Shown: positions 24,506-37,000 of the stretch, in pieces
Position numbering within the stretch: the stretch's first letter is position 1
Layout: the number at the start of each line of letters is the position of its first letter
Assembly (NCBI GenBank): GCA_032718475.1
Contig: JAUCBJ010003233.1
Span: 8,742 to 72,741, forward strand
Reading direction: 5' to 3'
Source of the DNA: Nemertoderma westbladi
Lineage: Eukaryota; Animalia; Xenacoelomorpha
Length of the DNA: 64,000 nt
The notes under the pieces: model-generated
Seen by the model: the letters and a program-made list of their open reading frames with translations, nothing else
The model's database searches: none
Told to the model about the DNA's origin: nothing
Made by a program: the position numbers and the translations under genes

Positions 24506-24666
24506 TACTTTGTGCTACGTACTATCTACTACTATTACTTTCTAATTTTCTACTATCTCACTTCTTATTTTATTATTATTTTATTATTTTTTATATTTTG
24601 TGTGGGAAGGGCGTCTCGCCATCATTCCCACCCCTCTCAGTCCAAAATTTTTTGGACAACTAAATT

Positions 24667-27173
24667 CTAAGGTGCCCCTTCTAATAGGCAGCACTTTCCT
24701 ACAGCCATCCTGTAGGTCTTCCTAACTTTTGCTCCTATCTTGCCTCCTATTCTCACTTCCACCGACTGGACTCTTCCGTCCTCATCGGGGTAAGTATCTA
24801 CCACTCTCGCTGGTCTCCACTGGTTATTGATAATTGTGTTGTCAGTGACGATTACCAAGTCACCTTTCTTCAGCTCACTATTGGTGTTTCCCCACTTACT
24901 CCTCCTGTGTAACGTGGGAAGATAATCCCTCTTCTCATCTCCTCCAATACTCAGCACTTATTGCCTTGGTGACTTTCCAACTTTGACGGGAATGTATGTC
25001 ATCTGGGTCTACACCCCGCATGTTGATGGTCGCCGGCCTCTCCATCAGAAAGTGTCCCAGTGTTAGCACATCCAGTGATTCCGGGTCGTCATTCTCTGGA
25101 TATAGTGGTCTGCTATTAATGATTCCCTCGCACTTGGCTAGCACCATTCTTAATATGTCCCCTGTGACCATGTGGGTGTTCATCAGCTTGGTCATTAGAC
25201 GCTTAGAACTTCCCACAAGTCTCTCTACACATCCTAATGTGTATGGCGTGTACGGCATCCTCCTTTCCCACTTTACTTTCCGTCTCATCATAGCCACCCT
25301 GACATCGTCTCCCTCTAAGATGTCGAAGGCCTTGGCCAACTCATTCTCCACTCCCACGAAGTTGGTCCCGTTATCTGAATATATCATGCTGATTGTTCCC
25401 TCTTTACGGTTAACAAATCTTTCTAAGGCATTAATGAATGCCGATGCCGTAGCGTCCTGCGCGAGTTCTATACCTACCACTCTCGGGTTGTTGCATACGA
25501 AAATAATGCCGTAGCGTTTCTCCGTGTGTCGTATCACCTTTATCTTAATCGGCCCGAACATGTCTACGCCGCAGTGCATGAATGACGGGTCGTGTTGTCT
25601 CACTCTATTGGCCGGTAATGGCGCCATCTCCTTTCTCGTCCGTTGGCAGGTCTGGCACTGCCCCACTACCGCCTTCACCTTCTTCCTAAGTTGTATGATC
25701 CAGAATGTCCTTCGTGTCTCTGTGAGGGTCTGATTCGTGCCTCGGTGTAATATCGACTTCTGTGAGTCCCAAATGATCTGGTGGAATATCGGTGATCTGT
25801 TAGGAATTATTATGGGTTTTGGTGGGATAACTAGGCTGTTGTTGTTCACCACTCTGAAATTCATCACCAAAATCTCGTCATTGTTCAACTGCGGGGACAG
25901 CGTGTTGAGTTCGCTGTCCCGACGAAGGTGTTGTTGCTTGCTAACTCTGTCCACTTCGTCGGCGTAGTTCTTTCTCTGCTCGTATCGTATTACGGCTTTA
26001 GCCGCTCCTTCCAGATCGATGGTTGGTTTCCTTTTGGCATCCTTGCCAACTCCCCTAAGGAAATCCCCGTAGGCCCCCCAGTATGCTACCAACTTTTTAG
26101 TCTTATACCAGCTGGAGCTGTAACTGAGCAACCTATCCGTCAGGTTGTCACATGGTTCTTCTGATTTCGGTGGCACCTCCTTGATCTCCCTCACCATCTG
26201 GCTGTATATCTCTTCTCCTTCTGAATCTTCCCCCTCTTCTTCTGGTTCTACTTCCTCTGAGCCCGGGTCCACCTTCCTCATTGGTGGCCAGGCTGATCTA
26301 TCGTTCAGGAAGTGTGGCCCGTGCTGCTACAACCCTTCCTTCTTTGAGAAAGTGTGGCGTGCCATGCCCCTCGATAACAAATCTGCTGGGTTGTCGTCGG
26401 TAGGGCAGTAATGCCACCTTTCTAGGTCAGTCGTCGCCCTTATCACTTCTACCCTATTCGCGACGAATATGGGGTATCTTGTCTTCTCATTATGTAGTCA
26501 CCCTAGCACTACCATGGAGTCCGTCCAGTAGTGTGTCTCCACTATGTTGGGTATAGTATCCATCAAGTAGGCTGTGCCCTTACTCCTAACCTCGCAGCTG
26601 TCAGCTCGAGTTTCGGGACTGACGCTGAATCTGGTGGCGTCGACTTCGCTTTACTAAATGCAAGTCTGGGCTTATGAGCCGAGCCCCCTTTCGCTGTACC
26701 AGATAAAGTGATGCTCCGTATGCTTCCAAAGATGCATCGGAGAACATGTGTAGGTCCAGGTCCGTCATGTCTCCGTCCGGGAAATAGACGCGTGGCATGC
26801 TGTACATCCCCATCTGTTCTAGACTCCCCATCCATTTACTCCACTGTTTACTTATTTCTTCCGTGACCTCCGTATCCCACTCATCCTTTAACTTGTATAC
26901 TTTCTTTAGTATCTGTTTCCCTGTGACTAACAATGGGGATGCTAGGCCTAGGGGATCGTATATCCTTGCTATGTACGATGCATAGCCCCGCTTTGTGTGG
27001 ATCTCTGAGCCCTCTTGGCTCAGTTGATACTCCAACTCGTCCGTCTCCCAGTTCCACACGATCCCTAGTGCCTTCTGCTGAGACTCCACTCTCTTGTTCA
27101 CCATGTCCTGTCCCTTTGCTGTTGTAGGGCTGTCCATGGTCGACTCTGGCCGCCTGTCTTCTATGGCTTTCAT
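24667..27173 (-). pseudogene. Bel/Pao pol (RT C-term, RNase H, integrase), multiple frameshifts
   Basis: TKRG..IYDPLG, FSDAS, PKLEL, GVDMFGP, SDNGTNF, VERLV, INSRPL, WRPARV. Confidence 0.9.
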
Positions 27174-27307
27174 AAACTATTTTGCGTGAGGCAAGCCACA
27201 TACAGTAGGGGATGTTGGATGTTACTAAAATAGGCACACAGTCAAACCCCACCGGGAGGAGGCACACAGGCCCACACTAAAATAGGCACACAGTCAAACA
27301 CAAGCGG

Positions 27308-29625
27308 CAATTCTAATGAGCTGAGGAGCCGTTGGGCTCCCTCTAATGATTCTGAGAGTACTCCTAAGTCATCAGCAAAGTCTAGATCAGTTAGGTACTT
27401 GGCAGGATTTCCTCGACTTCTGGAGCCAGTAGGTGGAGTTATCATCACCCCATCATCATTATAATGATCTAAGGACATGCGTAGAACATAGTCAACCACA
27501 ATAATGAACAAGAATGGTGCAAGTGTGTCTCCTTGGAGGACGCCCCATAACACTTCAAATGGTTCTGTGTCACCGTCAACAGTAGACACAAATGTTGTCG
27601 AACCATCATATACTGATCTGATTGCTGCAATAATTTCATCAGGAATCCCATATAGTGAAAGTATGCTGAACATACGTGAGCGAGAGACTGAATCAAAGGC
27701 CTTGAAGAAGTCAACAAAGATAACAGCCAGATGCCTGTCTTTCTTTTTGGATAACTCTTCAATTATCCTTCTAAGTGCCAAAATGGGCTCCATGGTCCCA
27801 CGACCTTTACGGAACCCATTCTGATTTCCACGGAGCAGTCTCTCAATGGGATCCCTGATGCGATTTAATAGAATCCTATTGTATAGCTTTGCAGCAATTG
27901 AGATCAATGAGATTCCCCGCAAAGAACCATAGAGTGTTAGGTTGCCCTTCTTGGGAACTGGCACCATTTGTTTTCATTTCTTGTGGGACTCTTGTTGTTC
28001 GGTACATGTCTACTATGATGGGATAGATGAGCTTTAAACACTCAGGTATTTTAAAGACCTCAGACGATTGGTCTTAATGCTCTTTGCAGCAGCCGTCACT
28101 TCTGCAAAGGAGATATCGCCAATGGGAATATCTGGGAGTACAGACTCAGACACTTTTACTTCTATAAAATTATCAGGCAATACCCTGTCATTATTGAGGA
28201 GCTTTTCAAAGTGGGCTTTCCAACCATTGAGGCGATCGGCTGGTGATTCAGCCTTAACCTTGGTGGTTGGTTGGCTTTTCCGCCCAGTAAGCAGATTGAT
28301 CGATTTCCATGCCTGGGATGATTGCCTGCTGTCGTCAGCATCATTGATCGCATCAACCTGTTGGTTTATTAGCTCCTGTAGATTAGCAGAGTACTGTCTG
28401 TTCAGGGACCTAGATGCAGACTTAACTGCATTCTTGGCTGCTGTAGTCTGTTTGAGCCGGGACTCTTTCTGCGCCTTATGAAGGTCATTTCGGCACTTCT
28501 GAATTTTGTTGTCAGTCCAGGGGGCCCTTTTCCTGTTTCGAGGGTATACAGGAACTGTTTCTGCAGCTGCTAACTTAACTGCTTCTGTAAAGGCAGTATA
28601 GCCCTCACAGTGATCTGCCGCCTCAGAGGCAAGAGCCTCATACCTGTTGCTCAGCTGTAGTGTGAAGCTGGATCTCACACTTGGCTGTTGCAACAGAGAG
28701 GACCAGTCATGCCGCGGCAAGGCAGATTTCGTTGTTCTGCTAGCACGCAGACTAAGTCTTACCTTGGCCACAATAAGGCGGTGATCACTGGAGAAGGGTC
28801 GAAGTGTAAATGCATTACAGTCTTGTATAGAGCTCCTGTATTTCCTACGAAACAGAATATGGTCTATCTGGGACTTGTGACCACTGGGTCCACTATGAGT
28901 CCATAGCTTTCCAGTTCGCTTCTTGAACTGGGTTCCAGCCGAAAACAATCCATTTCCAGAGATAAAATCCTGAAGATGGACAGAATTTCGGTTAACACTA
29001 TTGCTATAGACCCAGGGCGATGTAGGTGATTGATGCAGACTTGCATTAAAGTCTCCCAGGAATGTTAAGAATGCATGCTGATCCACTCCATCAGTAGCTG
29101 CTTGTAGATTGTGGTAGAAATTTTCCACCTCCTCTACAGGGGCAACACTAGTTGGAGAGTAGCACACAATCAGAACCACCTTAGGAAACTTCTTAGCCAG
29201 TCTTCCAGAACATGAGAAGTGGCAACGGATGATGCGGTTAGAGATTTGGTCTATTTTGTCCAATGCTGCATGTGCAGTTTGATTCATCAATAGACCAATT
29301 CCACCATTGCCACTATCATCTGCTGGCGAGTGCTCTGCGAGGGCGAGTCGCCAACCGCCCCCCATATCCTTAATCAGAACCTCATCAGTCTGTCCAGTCT
29401 GCATTCGGTGCTCTTGAACACCCACTGCGCTAAGAGAAAGCTTATCTGCCAAGGCAGTCAGCTCACCTTGTCGCATTGGGGACCCGAGTGTTAGGGTGTT
29501 TACTGAGGCTAGTCTAGTGACTTGCCTCAGATTCACCAATGGCTTTGTTGGTCGGGGTGGAACATGAGAGTAGCCTCCAACTCCAGAATCCCTCTCCCCA
29601 TCACAATCTGGCCACAGTTCTTTTA
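27308..29625 (-). pseudogene. RTE-clade non-LTR retrotransposon fragment (APE endonuclease plus RT, 3'-truncated)
   Basis: VGVQE, CYSPT, LGDFNA, QIDHIL, SDHRL; PKKGNL..RGISL, NQNGFRKGR, FVDFFKAFDSV, GVLQGDTLAP, DFADD. Confidence 0.9.
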
Positions 29626-29636
29626 GAGCAGTACTG

Positions 29637-29993
29637 TACTGTGGTAAGGCTGTCAGGTGTAGGCCTATTATTTGGAGCAGTTGCCAATGCAGCAATTTAC
29701 ATTGCTTCCATTTCATTTCTAGAACTAGTAGATTACGTAGTTGAATATATGGAATAGTTAGTTATTAGTGAATATTGCTTCTTGGATTGAAAAATTATGA
29801 AATATATAGAAAGTAGAAGTTTATTTACATTGCTTCCAGTGTGCTGGTCACTACTGTCTACTGGTGTATTCAGGTATTCCAGTATTGTAGAATTTAGGCC
29901 TACGGCTGTATGGTACCTAATGCTGTAATGCAAATTGCTGCATTGGCAACTGCTCCAAATACTAGGCCTACACCTGACAGCCTCACCACAGTA
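29637..29993. repeat. 69-bp inverted repeat with ~220-bp spacer
   Basis: 29637-29705 is the reverse complement of 29925-29993 with about 4 mismatches. Confidence 0.85.
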
Positions 29994-31790
29994 GGCCTAC
30001 GACACTGCAGTAACAGTATACTATACTGTATCAATGTAAATTCAATTAGACTTATTTAAGCAACATAAAAAGCGAATTTTTCCTAAATTTATGTTCAAAT
30101 GATGTAACTGAACGAGATAATTAATTTCGCGACTGTGTGAGGCTTACTAAATCTTTTGGGGTGTGTGTGGGCCAGTGTGCCTCCTCCCGCTTGTGTTTGA
30201 CTGTGTGCCTATTTTAGTGTGGGCCTGTGTGCCTCCTCCCGCTTGTGTTTGACTGTGTTCCTATTTTAGTAACATCCATACAATAGTAGGAAAAGTCTAG
30301 GAAAAGTAGGAAAGTATAGGAATAGTTGTGACAACAATTTTTGGTGAGATTACACATGTAATGTCGGAAACATTAAACGTCCTCTCATTTAATATCAAAT
30401 ATATATATATAATATGTAATATTTTCGAAGCAAATATATATCAACACTGAAAGTGTATAATATAATATAATAATATAATATAACATAACATATGGCAAAA
30501 AGCCAATGAAATGAATATACCTGTCAGAAGTCGTTGCGCCAATGCATAGCATGTTACCCAGGATAGGAAACCCCTTAAAAATCTTATAAATCTTATGGTC
30601 AGGTCAGGTCAGGTATTCTAGGTCATTGATCAAGAAAACTTGCCACCTCCATGCAGCATAAAGGAGGTGCCACCTGTAGCTGCATAGACCCTCTTACTAG
30701 GGCAAATCTGGTCCTGTAACTAAGACCCCCTTCGTTCTGGGATAAGGAGGCCGTTGGTCCTGGATTAAGGACCCATATACTTGGCTGCAGGGGTATATGG
30801 CCTGGCCAGGCAGATGGTGATCTACCAATGGCTGGTCAGGAGTAGAGTGTTCTCATGTTCACTCTGAGTGCACTTCACTGCGACCTGCACCTGGTAGCAG
30901 GGGTACAGGGCATGACCCAGCAGATGAGCTGCACAGCTGACTCCGCTGCGACACCCACCCTGTGGAACGGCAAACCAGGGTGTGGTATTTACCCCGAGAG
31001 CTGACTCGGCAAAAAAGCACCCCCCAACCCCCCACTATGGATTACATTAGTAATGCGGAGGTCCGGCCACTAGAGCCGTCCAGTTCGCTCGTCCAGTTTC
31101 CAGTTACCAGTCTGCGGGGAGAGAGCAAACATTATCTAGAGGATTCGTCAAAGATACTGAACAATTATCGCTGTACTGCGTTGCGTAACATCGCGAATGA
31201 ATGTAAAATAATTAATATGTCATAGAGGAATATATATCAATATTAATAAATTTATTAATATAAAACAATTAATTAATATAAGAACTATACAATAAATGGT
31301 GACCATTACACGACAAATACTACTGTACACACTTTCTACTACCTGTCTTGGATGTAATTATTCTTAAAAAGTTCTAGAACAAAATGTTATATTTTAAATA
31401 TTTATTTATATCTTTTACAGTGGTATAGAACAAAAATTATTTGTTCTAGAATGTTTTTTGAAAAATCTTAACATTAGAACATTTAGAAAAATTCTGAAAA
31501 GAAAAGTGAAAAAAATGGAAGAAGGGGAGTCTCATAGTAAAGTACACAATGATCTAATGTAGAGCTTAACAATGATATATTAATGTGTTCTAGAATACAT
31601 ATTTAAACAATTATTATTGTTTAACTCTCATAACTCACATCCCTACCTATGAAAGATATTTACAAACGGACCAAAACCAGCAGCTGGGATTATTTATATA
31701 CCTGTGCGATAATAATAATTGCTATTTTCAACAAATATTATGACTATATAATAACAGATGTACATTAAACCCAATTAAGGGATGCGTTCA

Positions 31791-31966
31791 TCAACAGACT
31801 GCATATTGCCATGGGTGGTTTTTAATTTTCCCGTATTGAATGTCTGTTAGATTTTCCAGAATCCGCCTAGCAAAAACCGCGCCATTATCCATTGTAGGGA
31901 TATGAACCATTGATCCTCTGTATAAAACCTCATTGATGGGGCAAATTACACAGGCGGTTCCTAAAC
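31791..31966 (-). CDS. BCAT: Last coding exon of host branched-chain amino acid aminotransferase
   Basis: (G)[45 protein letters not shown]...HPW* matches the BCAT C-terminus (GTACVVCPV..ILY.G...HIPTMENG....RIL..LTDIQYG); acceptor ttttatttgcag at 31978-31967. Confidence 0.88.
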
Positions 31967-32200
31967 CTGCAAATAAAATGACGCAAATAAATAAACACCT
32001 CATGATTCATGGTTTCATTACATTACGAATCTTAAATTATTTTATATTTGTGATAAAATAATGTCGACTGCCATACTGTATGGCCCAGGGCGGGATAAGT
32101 GTAATATTTTTGTGACAACACTCAACAACGGTTGATGTAATGTAAAAGGTTTTGTTCAGAAGTGGAAAAAATGAGAAAGCGCGTCACCGGGGGTTGAACC

Positions 32201-32246
32201 AGCGCTATACGTACGTTTCGGCCTAACAGGCCTCATCAGTAGTGCT
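32201..32246 (-). ncRNA. Minimal type I hammerhead ribozyme (Penelope-type)
   Basis: AGCACUA CUGAUGA GGCCUGUUAGGCC GAAAC GUAC GUA UAGCGCU: intact core, palindromic stem III, GUA cleavage triplet. Confidence 0.85.
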
Positions 32247-32559
32247 AACCAGCTCAGCCACTAGCCACTAGCCCCTGACACTCGCACTCCCACCTAATCC
32301 ACTTCTATTGAACGGGCAGTCGTCTTAAGTTGCATATATTCTATCTCTAACAGCGGACCTACCGGCCTCAAGTATGCTAGAGTGAACCAGGAGGGAAGTA
32401 CAAATAAATAAATATTCAGCTCGAGTATTGCTGCCAGGTGATATTAATTAAATAAATTGGAGATGAGCTGTTGCAACTGTAATTAATGATGTAATGTAAA
32501 TGGTTGTAAATGGATTAGGTGGGAGTGTGAGTGTCAGGGGCTAGTGGCTGAGCTGGTTT

Positions 32560-32607
32560 GCGCTACTGATGAGGCCTGCTAGGCCAAAACGTACGTGATT
32601 ATAGCGC
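32560..32607 (+). ncRNA. Degenerate hammerhead ribozyme copy
   Basis: GCGCUA CUGAUGA GGCCUGCUAGGCC AAAAC: GAAA changed to AAAA and a 4-nt insertion at the cleavage site. Confidence 0.7.
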
Positions 32608-33294
32608 TGGTTCAACCCCCGGTGACGGTAGAATACGTTATAGACGCGGACCGCTGATTACTCTCAAATAAGAAAACTATAAACTGTAATATTGGCTTAA
32701 GTTTATTGTTTTGGTTAGAATTACGTGCCACTGTAACCAGCTCATTCCCTTAATTGACCATATAATTAATAATTTCGGCTAAATTAATTTCACCAAAGTA
32801 AACATTTTAAAATTTCAACAAATTTCCTTAGTTCCACACCGCCATTGTGCTCACTTTTGGATTGGGAGTATAAAATTTGATGAAAGTTGCGTGGGGGGAA
32901 AATTCAACAATAATTTCAAAGATTTTCCCGTTGCCATCGATATGAGGTAGATGATCCAGTTTCTCAAAAATCAAATGTAATAATGTCAACAACATATCGA
33001 AATATCACGGATATCGCAAATAGGTATGATATGGACTCAGACGTACAGACAGACAATGTGGACTTGGCAAGAACTAAATTGTTATGCTAATAACGTTGAC
33101 ACAATCATGGCTTGCCCCATACCCACTCCCACGCCGAATACAAGCCATTATCACTGCCTGTCCACTGTCGGCCGCCAGGGTTTATTTTTGAAAATTTGCT
33201 GATGGCGCTGACGGTGCCCTCGACCAAATTTTCTATGGCGCCACGCCCCATAGTAACAATACTAAATACAACCGCCGTTCTACTACTTTACCAC

Positions 33295-33512
33295 GGGTGT
33301 AAACGCTACGCCGACAACCGACAGCCGACAACTACTGCCGACAACAGCAAATATGAAAATGTAACCTGAGTTCGTGACTCTTGTTTATTGTTTTGGTTAG
33401 AATAACCTTCTACTGCAACCTGTTCCTTTCCCTGAATTAATAAATAACATTAATTAGCATTAATAATGGTTGTCGGCGTTGGTTGTCGGTAGTCGGCGTA
33501 GCGTTTACACCC
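33295..33512. mobile_element. 218-bp MITE, Mutator (MULE)-like
   Basis: TIR GGGTGTAAACGCTACGCCGAC; 9-bp TSD CTTTACCAC at 33286-33294 and 33513-33521. Confidence 0.9.
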
Positions 33513-34038
33513 CTTTACCACCTATACCTATACCAGTAGTACCAGTAGGCTTACGACGTAGTTTATGTGTTCAACAAAAATCACATAAAAATTAAGCAAC
33601 TAACTTTTATAATTTTTTTCAATATTTACTAGCTAGTAAAACAAACACTAGCTGTAGCTACCAAAATAAAAATATTTACTAAGGTTCTATAATTAACTAG
33701 GCACTTGGCAAGGAAGTAGGACTAGAACATTCTACAAGAACATTCACCTAAAACACTCAAAAACACGATAAAATCAATGTTCAAAAATGGTCACACGAGC
33801 TATACTAGGGAGTGGCGTTACGTTACGTAGGGTAGGTTTGGTAGTGGTACCGGTACTGGAGGTTAGCTGTATGTTTGTTTCTGTGTTTGTTACATGTGTA
33901 AGTTCAGACTGGAAAGTTTGAAATGAAAGAACTGAACAGGAAGCAGTACCGGTAGTAGCCAGCCGATAAGTACAGTATAATTTACAGTTACACGATCCAT
34001 CAAAACAGTCGAAATCGTTGATTTAGAAAATAATAATC

Positions 34039-37000
34039 GAGGCGGCTGATGTGATGACAATGTCGATGTCGGACTCAGAGGCGGCTGATGAGATGACAAT
34101 GTCGATGTCGGACTAAGAGGGGGCTGATGAGATGACAATGTCGATGTCGGACTCAGAGACGGCTGATGAGATGACAATGTAGATGTCGGACTAAGATGCG
34201 GCTGATGAGATGACAATGTCGATGTCGGACTAAGAGAAGAGGCGGCTGATGAGATGACAATGTCGATGTCGGACTTCGAGGCGGCTGATGAGATGGCAAT
34301 GTCGATGTCGGAGTCTGAGGCGGTAGATGAGATGACAATGTCGATGTCGGACTCTGAGGCGGCTGATGAGATGACAATGTCGATGTCGGAGTCTGAGGCG
34401 GTAGATGAGATGACAATGTCGATGTCGGACTCAGAGGCGGCTGATGAGATGACAATGTCGATGTCGGACTCAGAGGCGGCTGATGAGATGACAATGTCGA
34501 TGTCGGACTCAGAGGCGGCTGATGAGATGACAATGTCGATGTCGGTCTCAGAGGCGGCTGATGAGATGACAATGTCGATGTCGGAGTCTGAGGCGGCAGA
34601 TGAGATGACAATGTCGATGTCGGTCTCAGAGGCGGCTGATGAGATGACAATGTCGATGTCGGAGTCTGAGGCGGTAGATGAGATGACAATGTCGATGTCG
34701 GTCTCAGAGGCGGCTGATGAGATGACAATGTCGATGTCGGAGTCTGAGGCGGCAGATGAGATGACAATGTCGATGTCGGACTCAGAGGCGGCTGATGAGA
34801 TGACAATGTCGATGTCGGACTCAGAGGCGGCTGATGAGATGACAATGTCGATGTCGGACTCAGAGGCGGCTGATGAGATAACAATGTCGATGTCGGTCTC
34901 AGAGGCGGCAGATGAGATGACAATGTCGATGTCGGAGTCTGAGACGGCTGATGAGATGACAATGTCGATGTCGGACTCAGAGGCGGCTGATGAGATGACA
35001 ATGTCGATGTCGGACTCAGAGACGGCTGATAGATGACAATGTTGATGTCGGACTAAGAGGCGGCTGATGAGATGAAAATGTCGATGTCGGACTCAGAGGC
35101 GGCTGATGAGATGACAACGTCGATGTCGGACTCAGAGACGGCTGATGAGATGACAATGTCGATGTCGGACTCAGAGGCGGCTGATGAGATGACAATGTCG
35201 ATGTCGGACTAAGAGAAGAGGCGGCTGATGAGATGACAATGTCGATGTTGGACTCAGAGGCGGCTGATGAGATGACAATGTCGATGTCGGACTCAGAGGC
35301 GGCTGATGAGATGACAATGTCGATGTCGGACTCAGAGGCGGCTGATGAGATGACAATGTCGATGTCGGACTAAGAGGTGGCAGGTGAGATGACAATGTCG
35401 ATGTCGGACTCAGAGGCGGATGATGAGATGACAATGTCGATGTCGGACTCAGAGGCGGCTGATGAGACGACAATGTCGATGTCGGACTCAGAGGCGGCTG
35501 ATGAGATGACAATGTCGATGTCGGACTAAGAGAAGAGGCGGCTGATGAGATGACAATGTCGATGTCGGACTTAGAGGCGGCTGATGAGATGACAATGTCG
35601 ATGTCGGAGTCTGAGGCGGCAGATGAGATGACAATGTCGATGTCGGACTCAGAGGCGGCTGATGAGATGACAATGTCGATGTCGGACTCAGAGGCGGCTG
35701 ATGAGATGACAATGTCGATGTCGGAGTCTGAGGCGGCTGATGAGATGACAATGTCGATGTCGGACTCAGAGGCGGCTGATGAGATGACAATGTCGATGTC
35801 GGACTAAGAGGGGGCTGATGAGATGACAATGTCGAAGTCGGACTCAGAGGCGGCTGATGAGATGACAATGTCGATGTCGGACTAAGAGGCGGCTGATGAG
35901 ATGACAATGTCGATGTCGGACTCAGAGACGGCTGATGAGATGACAATGTAGATGTCGGACTAAGATGCGGCTGATGAGATGACAATGTCGATGTCGGACT
36001 AAGAGAAGAGGCGGCTGATGAGATGACAATGTCGATGTCGGACTTCGAGGCGGCTGATGAGATGGCAATGTCGATGTCGGAGTCTGAGGCGGTAGATGAG
36101 ATGACAATGTCGATGTCGGTCTCAGAGGCGGCTGATGAGATGACAATGTCGATGTCGGAGTCTGAGGCGGCAGATGAGATGACAATGTCGATGTCGGATT
36201 CAGAGGCGGCTGATGAGATGACAATGTCGATGTCGGACTCAGAGGCGGCTGATGAGATGACAATGTCGATGTCGGACTCAGAGGCGGCTGATGAGATGAC
36301 AATGTCGATGTCGGTCTCAGAGGCGGCAGATGAGATGACAATGTCGATGTCGGAGTCTGAGGCGGCTGATGAGATGACAATGTCGATGTCGGACTCAGAG
36401 GCGGCTGATGAGATGACAATGTCGATGTCGGACTCAGAGACGGCTGATAGATGACAATGTTGATGTCGGACTAAGAGGCGGCTGATGAGATGAAAATGTC
36501 GATGCCGGACTCAGAGGCGGCTGATGAGACGACAACGTCGATGTCGGACTCAGAGACAGCTGATGAGATGACAATGTCGATGTCGGACGCAGAGGCGGCT
36601 GATGAGATGACAATGTCGATGTCGGACTAAGAGAAGAGGCGGCTGATGAGATGACAATGTCGATGTTGGACTCAGAGGCGGCTGATGAGATGACAATGTC
36701 GATGTCGGACTCAGAGGCGGCTGATGAGATGACAATGTCGATGTCGGACTCAGAGGCGGCTGATGAGATGACAATGTCGATGTCGGACTAAGAGGCGGCA
36801 GGTGAGATGACAATGTCGATGTCGGACTCAGAGGCGGATGATGAGATGACAATGTCGATGTCGGACTCAGAGGCGGCTGATGAGACGACAATGTCGATGT
36901 CGGACTCAGAAGCGGCTGATGAGATGACAATGTCGATGTCGGACTAAGAGAAGAGGCGGCTGATGAGATGACAATGTCGATGTCGGACTTAGAGGCGGCT

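Larger units (their letters stand above)
23587..27173 (-). mobile_element. Bel/Pao LTR retrotransposon remnant (3' half of pol plus 3' LTR)
   Basis: Pol fragments; minus-strand PPT GAGAGGGGTGGGAA (24638-24625) abutting TG at 24624; left LTR boundary near 23587 is tentative. Confidence 0.8.
27216..30278. mobile_element. Non-autonomous TIR DNA element (~92-bp inverted arms) enclosing a LINE fragment
   Basis: tggatgttactaaaataggcacacagtcaaac... (27216-27307) is the reverse complement of 30187-30278; arms contain ~52-bp subrepeats; no TSD seen. Confidence 0.7.
32182..32627. repeat. ~120-bp inverted repeat, Penelope-like pseudo-LTR remnant
   Basis: 32182-32301 vs 32511-32627 reverse-complementary; each arm holds a hammerhead core. 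Confidence 0.8.

Noticed and set aside
24524-24533. ATCTACTACT as the Polinton terminus
   Set aside because: Lies inside the minus-strand Bel LTR defined by the PPT at 24625-24638, in ctact-rich low-complexity sequence
31967-32003. Signal peptide on the 70-aa ORF ([12 protein letters not shown])
   Set aside because: It is the translated polypyrimidine tract and acceptor of the BCAT intron
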